64,000 bases of DNA, from contig OZ024741.1 in the NCBI GenBank assembly GCA_964016885.1, positions 285,262,001-285,326,000 of the forward strand. The letters run 5' to 3'. This document shows, piece by piece, positions 13,893 through 27,781 of this stretch (position 1 is its first letter; each line of letters opens with the position of its first letter). The DNA is from Eledone cirrhosa. Its lineage: Eukaryota. The notes beneath the pieces were generated by a model. The model was not told where the DNA came from and did no database searches. It saw only the letters and a program-made list of their open reading frames with translations. The position numbers and the translations under genes were made by a program.

Positions 13893-14235
13893 AGATCGAT
13901 AGATAGATAGGTGGCTAGGCAGATGGATTGATAGATGGAGAGAGATATATGACTAGAGGGAATGTGGGATATATATAGATAAATAGATAGATATCGTAAT
14001 GAGGGATTTATATGAAGACAAGGGAAGTGATATATGTATAGATAGATTAGATAACACGACAGATTCGTAAAACATAAAACTGCTAGAATGAGCATAACAG
14101 AATCAAATGAAGAAAATTAAATGAACAAATAATCATGGACTTGGCGTCTTGTTGCTGAGTTCGATGCTAATGTCAAATCGAAAGTATATTTTATGGGAGA
14201 AAACTGTTCATTAGACGCGCGGGTTGATGCATCAC

Positions 14236-14607
14236 ATACATACATAAATACATACATACATGCATACGTACATACATACACATATACATACATAAATACA
14301 TACATACATGCATACGTACATATATACATACACATATACATACATAAATACATACATACATGCATACGTACATATATACATACACATATACATACATACA
14401 TGCATACGTACATACATACATACACATATATACATACATACATAAATACATACATACATGCATACGTACATATATACATACACATATACATACATACATG
14501 CATACGTACATACATACATACACATATATACATACATACATAAATACATACATACATGCATACGTACATACATACATACATACATACACATATACATACA
14601 TACATAA

Positions 14608-14640
<33 letters not shown>

Positions 14641-14875
14641 TGTCACCAGAAGAACATACATGCATACGTACATACATACATACACATTTACATATATACA
14701 TAAATACATACACACATACATACATGCATACATATATACATACACATACATAAATACACACAAATACATACATACATACACACATGCATACGTACATTCA
14801 TGCATACGTACATACATACATATATACACACATACATGCATACATGCATGCACACATACATACAAACATAAACAT
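14236..14875. repeat. (CATA)n-derived compound minisatellite
   Basis: CATA arrays with recurring TGCATACGTA and TAAATA subunits. Confidence 0.95.
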
Positions 14876-15121
14876 ATTTAGGTTGTTCTTAGTTAAAAAA
14901 TAAAGAAGACAAAGTCTAAATGTGTAGTCATTCCTCTCACTTTTAAAAGATCTTAAGGAGCTAATTATTTATTTATATACTTTCTCATATTTTAAATCAA
15001 GAATTTACTATAACTAGACGAGCAAGAAATAGCAACACTACCAAATGAAGCAAATTATATAATTTGATATCAAACGAATTCAATAATTAATTAAATTATC
15101 ATATTTAAATCTTAAAACTAA

Positions 15122-15930
15122 TAATTGTTTCTACATTAGGCACAAGGCCAACAATTTGAGGGAAAGGGGAAAGTCGATTAAATCGACCCCAGTGTGTGAC
15201 TGGTACTTTATTTTATCAACCCCGTAAGGATGAAAGGCAAAGTTAACCTCGGTGGGATTGGAACTCAGACCGTAAAGGACAGTAACTCTATACTGCAAAG
15301 CATAGTGTCCAACTCTCTACCGATACTGCAAATCCCCCTTAAATAATTGTTTCTACTTTTGGCACAAGGCCAACACTTATCCCAGTGTATTACTGGTACT
15401 TTATTTTATCGACCTCGTAAGGATGAAAGGCAAAGTTAACCTCGGCGGGATTTGAACTCAGACCACAAAGGGCCGTAACTCTTTGCTGCAAATATTATTA
15501 GGAAAGTTGTTATATTTACGGGAAGGGCTGCAACTTATGTACATACGGAATTCTGCTTGTGAAAAGAAATTTACTAAATATGAAAATTTCCTAAAAGCTG
15601 AATTAGGTAGGTATAGCTCTCTATCTCCTGATGGAGTCGAAAGGGCGCCATATTGACATACGGCATTTCTTGGGCATTTTTAAGCCTGGCGAGGCCCATT
15701 CCTCTCAGATGTCTTCCAAAGAAGGATAGAAAATAAGAGAGAGAGAAATTGAAAAAGATATATAGAGGAAGAATTGACCCCGGTACTAAACTGGTACTTT
15801 TTTTTCGACCTCGAATAGATGAAAGCAGAATTGAGCTTGGCAGGATTTGAACTCATTCACAGAGTGTCGAAACAAATACCACCAAGTATTCTATCCAACG
15901 TTCTGGCGACCCTATTAATTCACTGCCTTA
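15122..15930 (-). mobile_element. Cluster of three tRNA-SINE family A copies (CTTTCATCC..GGTCGATAAA..AAGTACCAG core)
   Basis: Same core at about 85-285, 3427-3645, 4200-4510, 12008-12100, 21538-21660, 36900-37170, 37435-37640, 42075-42232, 43106-43300, 43940-44110, 44790-44980, 49918-50125 and 52853-53315; B box GAGTTCAAATCC; (ATT)n tail. Confidence 0.85.
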
Positions 15931-17376
15931 AAAGCTGAATTATGTCCATAGAAACAATAATACAAAGAACAATAGTTTCCTCTGTCACCTTTTCCTGATA
16001 ATGATGATGGTGATGAGAGTTACAAACAGTCGAAAACAAAAGGGGAAATAATCGAAGATATATCAATAAATTTTAACTTTATGCGAGTGTGTTTGTTCAC
16101 GTGTTTTTGTTTGTGTGTGCGAGAGAGAGAGAGGGTGGAAGAGAGAGAGGGAGAGAGAGAGAGAGAGAAGAAGAGAGAGAGAGAAGAAGAGAGAGGGGGC
16201 GGGCGAAAGAGGGGGCGGGTGAGAGACACAAACACAGTTATGCACACAAACATAACAAATACCTTAGCACTCATAAATGCACCTCCCCATCACATAGGAA
16301 TATACTCACACACAAATACATATACAGAGAGACATACATAGAAGTAAAGCAAAATATAACAAAAATGAAAATGGAAAACAAACTATAAACAGAAAGAAAG
16401 TTTATATTATTTTGCTGTTCATAAATATAATTATCGTCAGTTATACATTTTATTATGAAGTACGATAGCAGAATTTGAGGAAGTGGATACGGTAATGACA
16501 ATACAGTTCACAGTCTCCTCACACCACTATTCACTAATTCACATTCACACACACTCTCTCTCATTCTCTCTCACGCAAACACCCTCTTTCTCTCCCACTC
16601 TCTTTTTATTTCCTTCGCATAATCACACACGCTCAGATTTTTGTTTTCTCTTGCTATTCTCACACCTTACTTTTTTCCTTCGGGTACATAGTCGTTCTTT
16701 CTTTCATTCTTTCTTTTATTCTTTCTTTCTTTCTCGCAAACTCCCACTTTACTTTCTCCTCTTACCCAACGTCTCTCTCTTTCTCTCTTTGTCTCTTTCT
16801 CTCTCTCATTATTCTATCTAGAGCTCTACAACTCTGCGTGTCCTATGTTCTTTCTATTCCTTTCATTTCTCACTCTTTCACTCCCCTACCCTCACTCTCC
16901 TCCCACTCAGTCACCCATTCTTTACCAAGCTCAATCTCACACACATCTTCTTCTTCTTCTTCTTCTTCTTCTTCTTCTTCACCTTCCCCCCCCTCTCACT
17001 CCTCCTCTTCCTTCTCCGCACTCCCCCACACTCCTCTACACTTCCAGTACAGAATCACGTTACTGTGCTATTACATGGCATCAATATATGATTATCAAGC
17101 TTCAGGCAGTTTCCTCTTCTAAAATATTTTAGCTTCTGAAATGGATGTTTGGCTGAAACAATTGATTTTTTTCTCCTATTGTAGGTGGTAGTGGCTGGGT
17201 AGTGGTTGAGAGATGAGAGAGGAAGAGAGAGAGGGAGAGAGGAAAGGATCGATTGTCTGTTTTTGGTTAAAGCCTAGCTTTTCTCTTTTATATTGATTTC
17301 AGTGGTCTACCTTTATCTCGTAAGCGGTTACAGCTCATATATAGAGAATTATTAGACTTGCCTACATATGTATGTT

Positions 17377-18600
<1,224 letters not shown>

Positions 18601-18601
18601 T

Positions 18602-21137
18602 TCTCCTTCTTCTGCTCCTTCCACCCCTCCCTCCACTTCACCACCTCTATCTTCACCACCCACGTCCACTTCTTAGACATCTCCGTCGCCTTCGACCCCT
18701 CCCACCACTCCCTCGTCACCTCCGCCTTCTTCAAACCCACCGACTCCCACTCTTACCTCGACTTCACCTCTTCCCACCCCGCACACACTAAACACTCTAT
18801 TCCCTACTCTCAACTCCTCAGGATCCACCGCTTCTGTAACCGAGATGCCGACTTCGAGTCCCAGGCCCTTTCCCTAGTCAGCCATTTCATCCGCAGACGT
18901 TACCCCCCTCTCTCGTCCACACCATTATCACCCGCGCCCGTGCTGTCCATCGCTCCACCACCCTCACCCCACCGCACACCCACCCACCGTCTCCCCTTCC
19001 CCATCACCTACCACCCCTCCACCGCACCCCTCCACCGCACCATCCGCCGCCTCTTCCGACGCCTCCAGTCCGACCCATCCACCTCCCACATCTTCCCAGC
19101 CCCACCACTCCCCTCCTTGAAACGCGCACGCAATCTCCGCACCCTCCTCGTCCACAGCTCCCTACCCCCCAACCCACGATCTCTTTCCCCCACCCCGGTT
19201 CCTTTCCCTGTTCTAGACCCCGCTGCAACACCTGTCCCCACATCACCAACACCACCACCTTCCAGGGTTACAAGGGCCACTCTCTCTCTGTCCGGCATGC
19301 CTTCCGCTGCACCTCCTCCAACCTAGTCTACGGACTTATGTCGGACAGACTGGACGTCGCCTGGCGGACAGATTCACTGAGCACCTCCGGGATATTCGTC
19401 TCGGTGGTAGGTCCCCCATCGCTCGCCACTTTGGTGCCCCTGGACATTCCGCACGCCATCTCACAGTCTGTGGCCTTCTCCAATGCCACGGAACACCCGC
19501 CAATCTCCTCAGAGTTGAACAACGAACCATCTTCATCTTACAGACCCACACTCCCCCCGGCCTGAACTCCCCACCCTTATTCCTTTAGCCTTCGATCTCC
19601 CCCCTCCCCCCACACATATCCCCCACTAACACCACTAACACACCCCTCCTTTTCACCGCCCACCCCACAACTAACAATACTAACACCTCCACTCCACCCC
19701 ACATCCGACCACCCTTCCCCAACTAACATACTAACATCCCTCCCTTCTCCTCCGCCTCCTTATCACACGCACACACCCACCGGCACATATATACACGCGC
19801 TCACACTAAACACACACCCTACTACCACCACTAACCCTCACCCCCACACATCCACCCCACCACCCCGCAACTAACATCACTAACACCCCCTGACCCCAAG
19901 CACACGAACACACGCACCCACTAACACCACCCACCCTACACGCAACTAACATCACTAACACCCCCAACCCCACGCACACGTACACACACAACCTCTTACA
20001 CCACCAACTCTACACACCCTACCACCACTGACCCCCACTCACACCCGCATTCAACCCTTTCTCCATCTCCTGTATACTAACACCCACTAACACCCCCTTC
20101 ATCAAACTACACACACACCAGTACACCAGACTCCCTCCATCGACCCCCACACCCTTCTCTCCCCTCTCCACCCACACCCTTTCTCAAACACTCACTCATC
20201 CCACTAACACCTCTACTAATACACACACACCCCCTCCTCACTCCAACTTTCACACCTACCCATCCTCGCCCCTTTACCATTCCACCCTACTGCTGCTATG
20301 CCCTCTGACCACCTCCCAGCACACACAGACACACAGCACTCCTACTGCCTTGACCACTTCCTGTTGCGCGCGCACCCCACATCTCCCCTCTTCCGACCAA
20401 TCTCTTCACGGATTACTCGTATGTGGACCTTGACCCCGGAATCAACTACCATCCTAGGATTTTACTAACCATTCCACCACATCTTCTTACGGAATCACCT
20501 TTATGACTCACCCACACACACACCCCCAAACATTTTTTTCCCACACGCCACCTACACCCACAACACGCTTAAACACCACACACACACGTGCGTTCCACCA
20601 CATATTTACACATTCAGCCTCCGGATTCCTCTCCACCCACCCCTCTATCGACACACGCACACACACTCCGACCTACACCCCACCCCACACACACCTCTTC
20701 CTGAACATGCAACCCCGTTCTTCCCCCAACCCTTGCTTTCACATACACACACACACACACACACACGTACACCTACACACACACACCACCTTCAGCCCTC
20801 CCCGCTCGGACACCCCGTCTCTCTCTCCCCACTCCACCCGCCACCACCCCTACACGCCCCACATCCTTCCACCACCTGTTTTACCCCATTTTAATTTTAT
20901 TTTGATCATGCTTTTATTTTTAATTTCAGTTGCACCGTTTCCTCCCACCCCCATTTTGCTATATGTCTCTCCACCACTCCCCTACACACCCTTTGAACTT
21001 TCTTCCCACACACTTTTCACCTGAAGAAGGGCTTATGCCCGAAACGTCGTTCCCCACCACCACCCCACTCTCAAGAGCGTGAAATTAATAAACATTCGTT
21101 GTACTGCCTCTCTGTTTTGTTCCTGTTCAAATTTTCC

Positions 21138-21140
<3 letters not shown>
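18602..21140 (+). mobile_element. Penelope-like element (Neptune-type), 5'-truncated and frameshifted, with C-rich pLTR and HHR
   Basis: RT thumb FKPTDSHSYLDFTSSHP.HTKHSIPYSQLLRIHRFC; linker Zn motif PCSRPRCNTCPHI; GIY-YIG CTSSNLVY..YVGQTGRRLADRFTEHLR; HHR at 21017-21050. Confidence 0.9.
21017..21050 (+). ncRNA. Minimal type-I hammerhead motif in PLE pLTR
   Basis: CTGAAGA-A-GGGC-TTAT-GCCC-GAAAC-GTC with palindromic stem III (ACGT); stem I is weak (2 bp). Second copy at 62124-62157 (-). Confidence 0.7.
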
Positions 21141-21180
<40 letters not shown>

Positions 21181-21234
21181 GTAGAACATTGGAAGGTAAT
21201 ATCCGTAGTGGTAGAGCACTCAGTCCATGGGACG

Positions 21235-21522
<288 letters not shown>

Positions 21523-21683
21523 TATATATATATAGTAATAATTGTTTCTACTTTTGGCACAAGGCCAGCAATTATGCCAGTGTATTACTGGTACTTTATT
21601 TTATCGACCACGTAAGTATGAAAGGCAAAGTTAACCTCGGCGGGATTTGAACTCAGACCATATATAATAATAATAATAATAAT

Positions 21684-21721
<38 letters not shown>

Positions 21722-21981
21722 TTTCTTTATTAACCACAAGGGTTTACATAAAGTAGACATTAAGGACAGTGCAGGACAATGCAGGACGGTACAAATGGGC
21801 ATTTCTGCGTGTAAAAAAACAAAAACAGAGGATGTAACAAAAATAACAATGAAAATAACAATGAAAAATTCCCCAATAGGGGGGAGACTTCGGAGGGACA
21901 TTTGTGGAGAAAGCCCAGTAAAAAGCCACAATGACCCTGACCACCAAGGCAAGTGCCCTCTCCCAGTTTTCCACCTTTAGT

Positions 21982-24900
21982 TTACAGATATATACTCAGA
22001 GTCGGCCCATTCACTCGGGCCATTCTTGCTTCTCTCACCCATCTTTCAACAAAATGCTGGGAAGAGAGCACTTCCCTCTCTACTCTGATTTTCCTTTTCA
22101 AATGAAATTTGAAAAAGTCAATCAGAGCATCACCGAAGAGGTAAGTGCTCGTCTTCAGCCCTTTCAAACGTGTCCACCATACTATCTCTTTCGCCATGGC
22201 CACCAGACAGATAAAAACTGCCTGCCCTTCCCGGCTAAAGGAGGAGGGCGGGGCAATCCTCACGATGGACTCAGATGATAGCTGGATCCGTCCTAAACGC
22301 GACAGCAGGTGTTCGACATAAACCCACAAGTCAGCAATTTTCGGACACTGGACGAGTGCGTGCAGGACGGTTTCGTCGCCCTGCGCGCATCTCGGACATG
22401 CCCGGCTGACGGCACCTCCATGCCTGTAGAGTTTATCCCGAACTGGCAAGGCTCCTCGGTAGCACTGCCAGGCCAGAGATTTCTGGAAGTTGTCCATAGG
22501 CCCCGGCCCGAAAGTTCTTCCGAAGAGATTGGCTAGTTGATTTTCGTCGACGCCTAGAGTTTCCCCAAGTACGTCGTCGCTCTTCCCCTCCACTAATCCT
22601 CTATAGAACGCCGAGGTGGAGTTTCCACCGATCACATTGCCCGATTGGTCGAGGGCTGTGAGCGCCTGAAGACATTCCAGTCTCCAGGCGCTCCCTCTCG
22701 GTCTTCGCTTGACCCAGGACTGCAGCTCCGTCAAGGAAACGAGCTGGGGAAAAACGCGTCTAGCAAACGGCGACCACACCTGATCACCGTCGAGGAAGAG
22801 GTGGAGATGTCGTAGCCTGAGCGCGTGCCTGCGCATCATCAGCCACGGCATGCCCAGCCCTCCACGTAGCGGGTGTTGACAACAGATGGACCGCCTGACC
22901 ATCGGAGCACGTCCCTTCCACAAAAAGCGAAAGAGCAAACGCTCCAGCGCAGTCAGGCGAGGCTTAGGACAAGGTACGACGGTTAGGCGGTAGCAGATGA
23001 CAGACGCGATGTACGCGTTAGCCACCTCCGCTCGACCTTTCAGGGATAGCTTCCTCTCCGCCCATTTCTGGGTGAGAGAAGCCACCCTGCTCGTCACCTC
23101 GTCCCAGTTTTTGTCCGTCTGGAGGTCCGGACCGAACCAGACCCCTAGCAATTTAACCGGTCCGTCCGTCCAGCGCCCGACGACGCTGTTGGACGGCATG
23201 GACCTGCCTCTCCAGGTGCCGAGCTGCAGGCCCACTGACTTTTCCTGGTTGATCATTGCTCCTGTCACCGCTTCGTATTCTCTTAGTGTAGTGCCGATCG
23301 CCTCGATGTGTTTGACGTTCGACACCACTACGGTGACATCGTCCGCATATGCTGACACGGATCTTCCGCATCCTAGTTCGCGCGGGACTCCCCTCAACGT
23401 CTCCAGTTTGTGCAGTAATGGCTCGAGAGTCAATACGTACAAGAGGGACGAGAGGGGACATCCTTGGCGGACCGAGCGCATGATGTTGAACGGTTCCGAC
23501 AGGTGACCGTTCACTCTCACCACAGAGCAGATGTCGCTGTGCATGGCAGCGATCCAGCCTCTGAAGACGGGCCCAAAGCCAGCCGCCCTCAGAACTGCCG
23601 CTAGGTAACGATGGTCGACCCTATCGAAAGCTTTCGACTGATCTAAATTGATCAAGGACCCACCCGTGCCAGGTTCCCTAGCTACCCTCTCTACGATGTA
23701 TCGCATGAGGTGGAGGTTGTCGTGGATGGATCTGTCGGGAATGGCGCATGTCTGCGCCTCTCCCACCAGACCACCAACGACAAGCGCCAACCTCTTTGCT
23801 AGCACCTTGGCCAAAATCTTAAACTCTGTGTTTAGCAGAGTTATGGGCCGGAAATTGTCTATGTTATCCCCCTTGTTCGGATCCTTTCTCAGCAGTGCCA
23901 CCGCTCCTCGGCTCACAGAACTGGGAATTCTCCCGTTCTGTTGCCAGTTGCAGTAGACGTCCGCCAAGAGGCCTCCGAACAAGTCTGGCATCTGTACGTA
24001 AAGTTCATAGGGCAGACCATCCAAACCAGGCGATTTACCCCTTGTGCAGCCAGTCATTGCCTCCCGTACTTCAGCGGCTGTTATCGGCTTTTCGCAACAC
24101 CTCGCCTCAGTGGCCGAGAGCCGCGGCAGTCCGTCGAGGTAGACACTAAAGTCCATCCCTCTACCCGGCCCCCCGCTGCCCCCGAACAGCTGAGCGAAGT
24201 GTCGCTGAAAAGCTTCACACATTTGCCCGGGATCGAGTAGCATGCGCCCGTCGTGGTCCACCAAAGACCGGATCGTGGCTTTGTTGCCACGACGCGCCTC
24301 CGCCACTCGGGCCCATTGAACGGCTTTCGTCCCCTCGTGTCTGAGAGCACGCACCCTAGCTCTGACAACGCAGCCTTCGTGCTTTGCATTGAAGAATTGG
24401 TCAAGGGCCAATTTCGCCGCAAGCACGTCGGTCGCAATGCCTTTGCTAAGCGCCTCGTCTAATTTTCTAACTAGTTCTCCCTCTGCTCTATTTTTCTCTA
24501 TTGCTAAAGCCTTACTAAACCTAATCGATTCTATTCTAATCGCTCTTTTCAGAGCAAACCACCACTTGTTGTTGACGATGGCCCCCGTCAACGCCCGCTT
24601 AACTAGTTCGCTAATCCGGTCTCTGTAGGCCTTGCGCGCTGGTAAGGACGCGTTTAGCTTCCAGTAGCCGGGTCCTCGTCTATGAAGCCTATCTAAGTCA
24701 AGCACACAGGTCACGAATTTGTGGTCCGTGTAGCTGACTATCTTGAATTGTGGACAGCCTATGCTAGACCTATCTATTTCCCTACAAAATACTCTATCTA
24801 GATATGATCTGGATGACCCTATGCGATTTGTCCAAGTCCACATTGGCACATTCGGGAAATCCATTCGGTACCTGTCAGACAGTTCAAAACGCCTGAGCAG

Positions 24901-25401
24901 GTTGGTGAGGCTCTTGCACCCTCCACCCCTATCCGCTAATCCCACACAGTCCCAGCGTGCATCTAAGATCCCGTTCCAGTCGCCCACTAACACTAAAGAG
25001 CGGGACGTTCCAAGAAAGGTCTCCAGACGCCGGAAGAAATCAGGCCGCCCTGCTCCTGTCGGGGCATAGACGGCCACTAGCCTGAAAGCTTGCCCGTCTC
25101 CGCTGGTCACGTCCAGCACCACCAGCTTACCCTCTGGGTCCAGGAAGATGGCCCGTATGGCGAGATCCAAACCTCTCCGAAAAAGCACAGCAACTCCTCC
25201 ACCCGATCCAGGACGGCTGGGAGATGCGTACACATCGTAGCCGCCGAAGATCGGTGCGAAGGCCCGTGCTTCGGAGATTCTGGTCTCGCTGATGGCCACT
25301 ACATCTATGTTTAGTGACCTGAGGTCGTTGAGCAGGTGACCCTGCTTCCATGACGACCCCAAGCCACGCGCATTTATGCTGCCTATTCTGAGTGAGGTCA
25401 T
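21982..25401 (-). CDS. LINE ORF2: APE endonuclease, reverse transcriptase and CCHC Zn finger (1139 aa, intact)
   Basis: GSINARGL, ISET, VYAP, GDWN, YLDR and TDH endonuclease motifs; KSPGLDG, NFRPITLLN, LDQSKAFDRV, VRQGCPLS and AYADD RT motifs; CPRC..ETVLHALVQC. Confidence 0.97.
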   Translation of the reverse strand: MTSLRIGSINARGLGSSWKQGHLLNDLRSLNIDVVAISETRISEARAFAPIFGGYDVYASPSRPGSGGGVAVLFRRGLDLAIRAIFLDPEGKLVVLDVTSGDGQAFRLVAVYAPTGAGRPDFFRRLETFLGTSRSLVLVGDWNGILDARWDCVGLADRGGGCKSLTNLLRRFELSDRYRMDFPNVPMWTWTNRIGSSRSYLDRVFCREIDRSSIGCPQFKIVSYTDHKFVTCVLDLDRLHRRGPGYWKLNASLPARKAYRDRISELVKRALTGAIVNNKWWFALKRAIRIESIRFSKALAIEKNRAEGELVRKLDEALSKGIATDVLAAKLALDQFFNAKHEGCVVRARVRALRHEGTKAVQWARVAEARRGNKATIRSLVDHDGRMLLDPGQMCEAFQRHFAQLFGGSGGPGRGMDFSVYLDGLPRLSATEARCCEKPITAAEVREAMTGCTRGKSPGLDGLPYELYVQMPDLFGGLLADVYCNWQQNGRIPSSVSRGAVALLRKDPNKGDNIDNFRPITLLNTEFKILAKVLAKRLALVVGGLVGEAQTCAIPDRSIHDNLHLMRYIVERVAREPGTGGSLINLDQSKAFDRVDHRYLAAVLRAAGFGPVFRGWIAAMHSDICSVVRVNGHLSEPFNIMRSVRQGCPLSSLLYVLTLEPLLHKLETLRGVPRELGCGRSVSAYADDVTVVVSNVKHIEAIGTTLREYEAVTGAMINQEKSVGLQLGTWRGRSMPSNSVVGRWTDGPVKLLGVWFGPDLQTDKNWDEVTSRVASLTQKWAERKLSLKGRAEVANAYIASVICYRLTVVPCPKPRLTALERLLFRFLWKGRAPMVRRSICCQHPLRGGLGMPWLMMRRHALRLRHLHLFLDGDQVWSPFARRVFPQLVSLTELQSWVKRRPRGSAWRLECLQALTALDQSGNVIGGNSTSAFYRGLVEGKSDDVLGETLGVDENQLANLFGRTFGPGPMDNFQKSLAWQCYRGALPVRDKLYRHGGAVSRACPRCAQGDETVLHALVQCPKIADLWVYVEHLLSRLGRIQLSSESIVRIAPPSSFSREGQAVFICLVAMAKEIVWWTRLKGLKTSTYLFGDALIDFFKFHLKRKIRVEREVLSSQHFVERWVREARMARVNGPTLSIYL

Positions 25402-25436
25402 GTTTAAAATAGAGTGGAAAAGATGGGAAAGACCAC

Positions 25437-27534
25437 TTACCGTACTTTTGGTAGAGGAGGGATGGTTTTTACATCCCTTTTCACTTGATCGTCTGGTGAA
25501 GGGACCGTTGAATCGTCCCTTCGGCTGGTCGTCGGCTCTTCTAAGAGAATGTCTGAATATACTCTTCGATTGATGGTTCCTCCTAGGTCCCTGAAATCAC
25601 CAACTGCGTTGGGGAATTTCGTTTTAATGTTTGTGTATTGTTTCTGTGCTATTTTTAGCAGTCTTATGTTAGTTGGCGTTTTGATTGGTGCTGGTATTAT
25701 GTAGTCCTGTTGTGAAATGTCTGTGTGTTCAATTATGTAAGTCATTAGTTTCTTGTTGTGTGTGTTTATTGCCGTGCATTTGTTTTTCTGGGGGTGGGGT
25801 GTGGTTCTGCTATTTTCTTGTCGTTGTTGCTGGGTGTGTGTGTTTTGTTGTTGTGTTTGCGATGTTGGTGCTTGTGGTGGTGGTGTTGAAGGTGTTGTTG
25901 GCGGTGGCGTTGTCGCCGGTGGTGATGGTGGCGCTAGTGTGGGTGGTGATGGTGTTGGTGTTGTTGCTGCTGTGGGTCTCTTTGCAGTAGACTTTACCCT
26001 TTTCTCATTTCTTTCCTCCCTTTTCAAAGGCGACGATGCGCTGCTTCTGCGTTTGTGTCTTCTTACGACCTTTTGCCATCTCTCTCCCACCTCACACTCC
26101 ATGTCTGATTCTGTGAGGTCGGGGAGGGGTACCAACTCCACTCTTTCACTTGTTGTTGTTGGTGATGTTTGCACTGGAGTCTCTGTTGCAGTTGCATTTG
26201 GTATTGCTGTTGTTGTTGTTAGTATTTCCACTGCTGCTGCTGTTTTTGATTTCCGTGGAGTGGGTATGGGTGCCACGGGCCTATCGTTCCTGGTTGCCGC
26301 TTGTCCTGTTGCTGGTAGCCGTGGAGCCGGATTCGGAAGGAGGGGGGTTTTCTCCTTTCTCAGGGTCTTCTCGTTGCAGAAGGCCCTGAGGTGGGTCTTC
26401 GATCCACAGCGAAAGCATTTCGGGCGTTTGCCCTCAACACTTATGGGCAGTTGAGTGCCGTTATCGAAGTCTATCACATCCGGGATAGCTTCGATGCACT
26501 CCTGGTTGGTTTGGATTAGCATCTCAATGGAGGAGCCGACCCAATCTTCTCTTACTTTTTTCTGTACTTGCAGTACAGTTGTTTTGTCCTCGATTCCGAC
26601 GAGGACAGACGCGGCCAGCCAAGAAGGGGTCATTCCGGGGGGGACGTGGGTCAGTTTGACCCTCACAATTTTTTTGCCCACAGTAGGAGGGCACCAACAC
26701 CATTTCCTCGCTCCTTAGGGTCACTACTGATTGGGCCTTTGCCTCCTGGGGTGTGGCAAAAAGTACGTCTACGGTGGCATATTTTTTGCCTCGGGTGATG
26801 TGCGTTTTCCGCTGCCACACAGACCCTAAGGCTTTTTGTATTTGGGCCTCTGTGGCTCTTTCCACCCTACGGGATTTTGTACTTACTGTACGGTACGTGA
26901 CCGTACAGTGCTCTTGGGTTTCGAAAAAATTTTTCGCTGCCTTGCAGATTGCTCGGTGTCCGTTCTTTGTCACCATCTTCTTCGCTTCCTCTAATTCCTC
27001 ATTTGTTATGAGGATTGTTTCCAAGTTTTTCGCAATACCTGCAAATGAGATTGGTTTTTCTCTGCTGTTGTTGTTGTCGTCAGAGCTGCTGGTACTTTTG
27101 TTGTTGCTGCAGGTACTACGACTACTGCCTCCGCCGCTGTTGCTGTGGTTGTTGTTGGTGTGGCTGCTGCTAATGCTGTTGTTGTTTATGCTGCTGGTGA
27201 TGCTGTTGCGGCTGCTACTGTTGTTTTCATTGTCACTGTTGCTGTTGTTATTACGGCTGCTACTGCTATTATTCCTGACGTCAGACGAATGAACTGGGTT
27301 TTCGTATTTCCCGCACACCTGTTTCGTCGCTGTCGTCGTCGTCGTGGAGAAACCTTGCACGCTTTGCACGAGACTTTTCTTTTCTTTCGTCACTTGCGAA
27401 AGAGAAGGGAGGGAGAGAGATACATTTAAAGAAGGGAGGGAGAGAGACAATCTTCTCTCTGCTGTAGTGATGATTGAGGAAGAAGAAGACGGAATGAGTG
27501 GGAGTGACGTATGAAATTTCTTTTTTGTAGCCAT
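25437..27534 (-). pseudogene. LINE ORF1 (gag-like, CCHC knuckle) with a single 1-nt frameshift near 26682
   Basis: ORFs 26524-27534 and 25437-26681 join at PSY/xGK (compare PSYMGK in element 2); knuckle CFRCGSKTHLRAFC. Confidence 0.85.
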
Positions 27535-27749
27535 GTTGTTTTTTGTTTAAAATGAAATTTTGGGTACAAAACCCCAATAACTGGTTATTTAACCCCGAAG
27601 GGCCAAATAACGGACAGAAAGACCCCTCTCACGAGGAGGAGGGTGTCTTTATCAACAATTTGGTTCAAGTTTTAAACAATTTACAATTGTTTTAACGGTT
27701 AAAAATTACTATACCTTACAGAGCCGAGCCTCCGTCAACCATGGCATTC

Positions 27750-27779
<30 letters not shown>

Positions 27780-27781
<2 letters not shown>

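Larger units (their letters stand above)
21720..27749 (-). mobile_element. Full-length Tx1/L1-clade non-LTR retrotransposon (element 1) within (ATT)n
   Basis: 5' UTR, ORF1 (one frameshift), intact ORF2, and 3' UTR ending AATAAAGAAATC; (AAT)n on both sides. Confidence 0.95.

Noticed and set aside
26670-26690. Programmed frameshift in Tx1 ORF1
   Set aside because: The paralogue reads straight through (PSYMGK) and its own frameshifts are elsewhere, so mutation or sequencing error is more likely.
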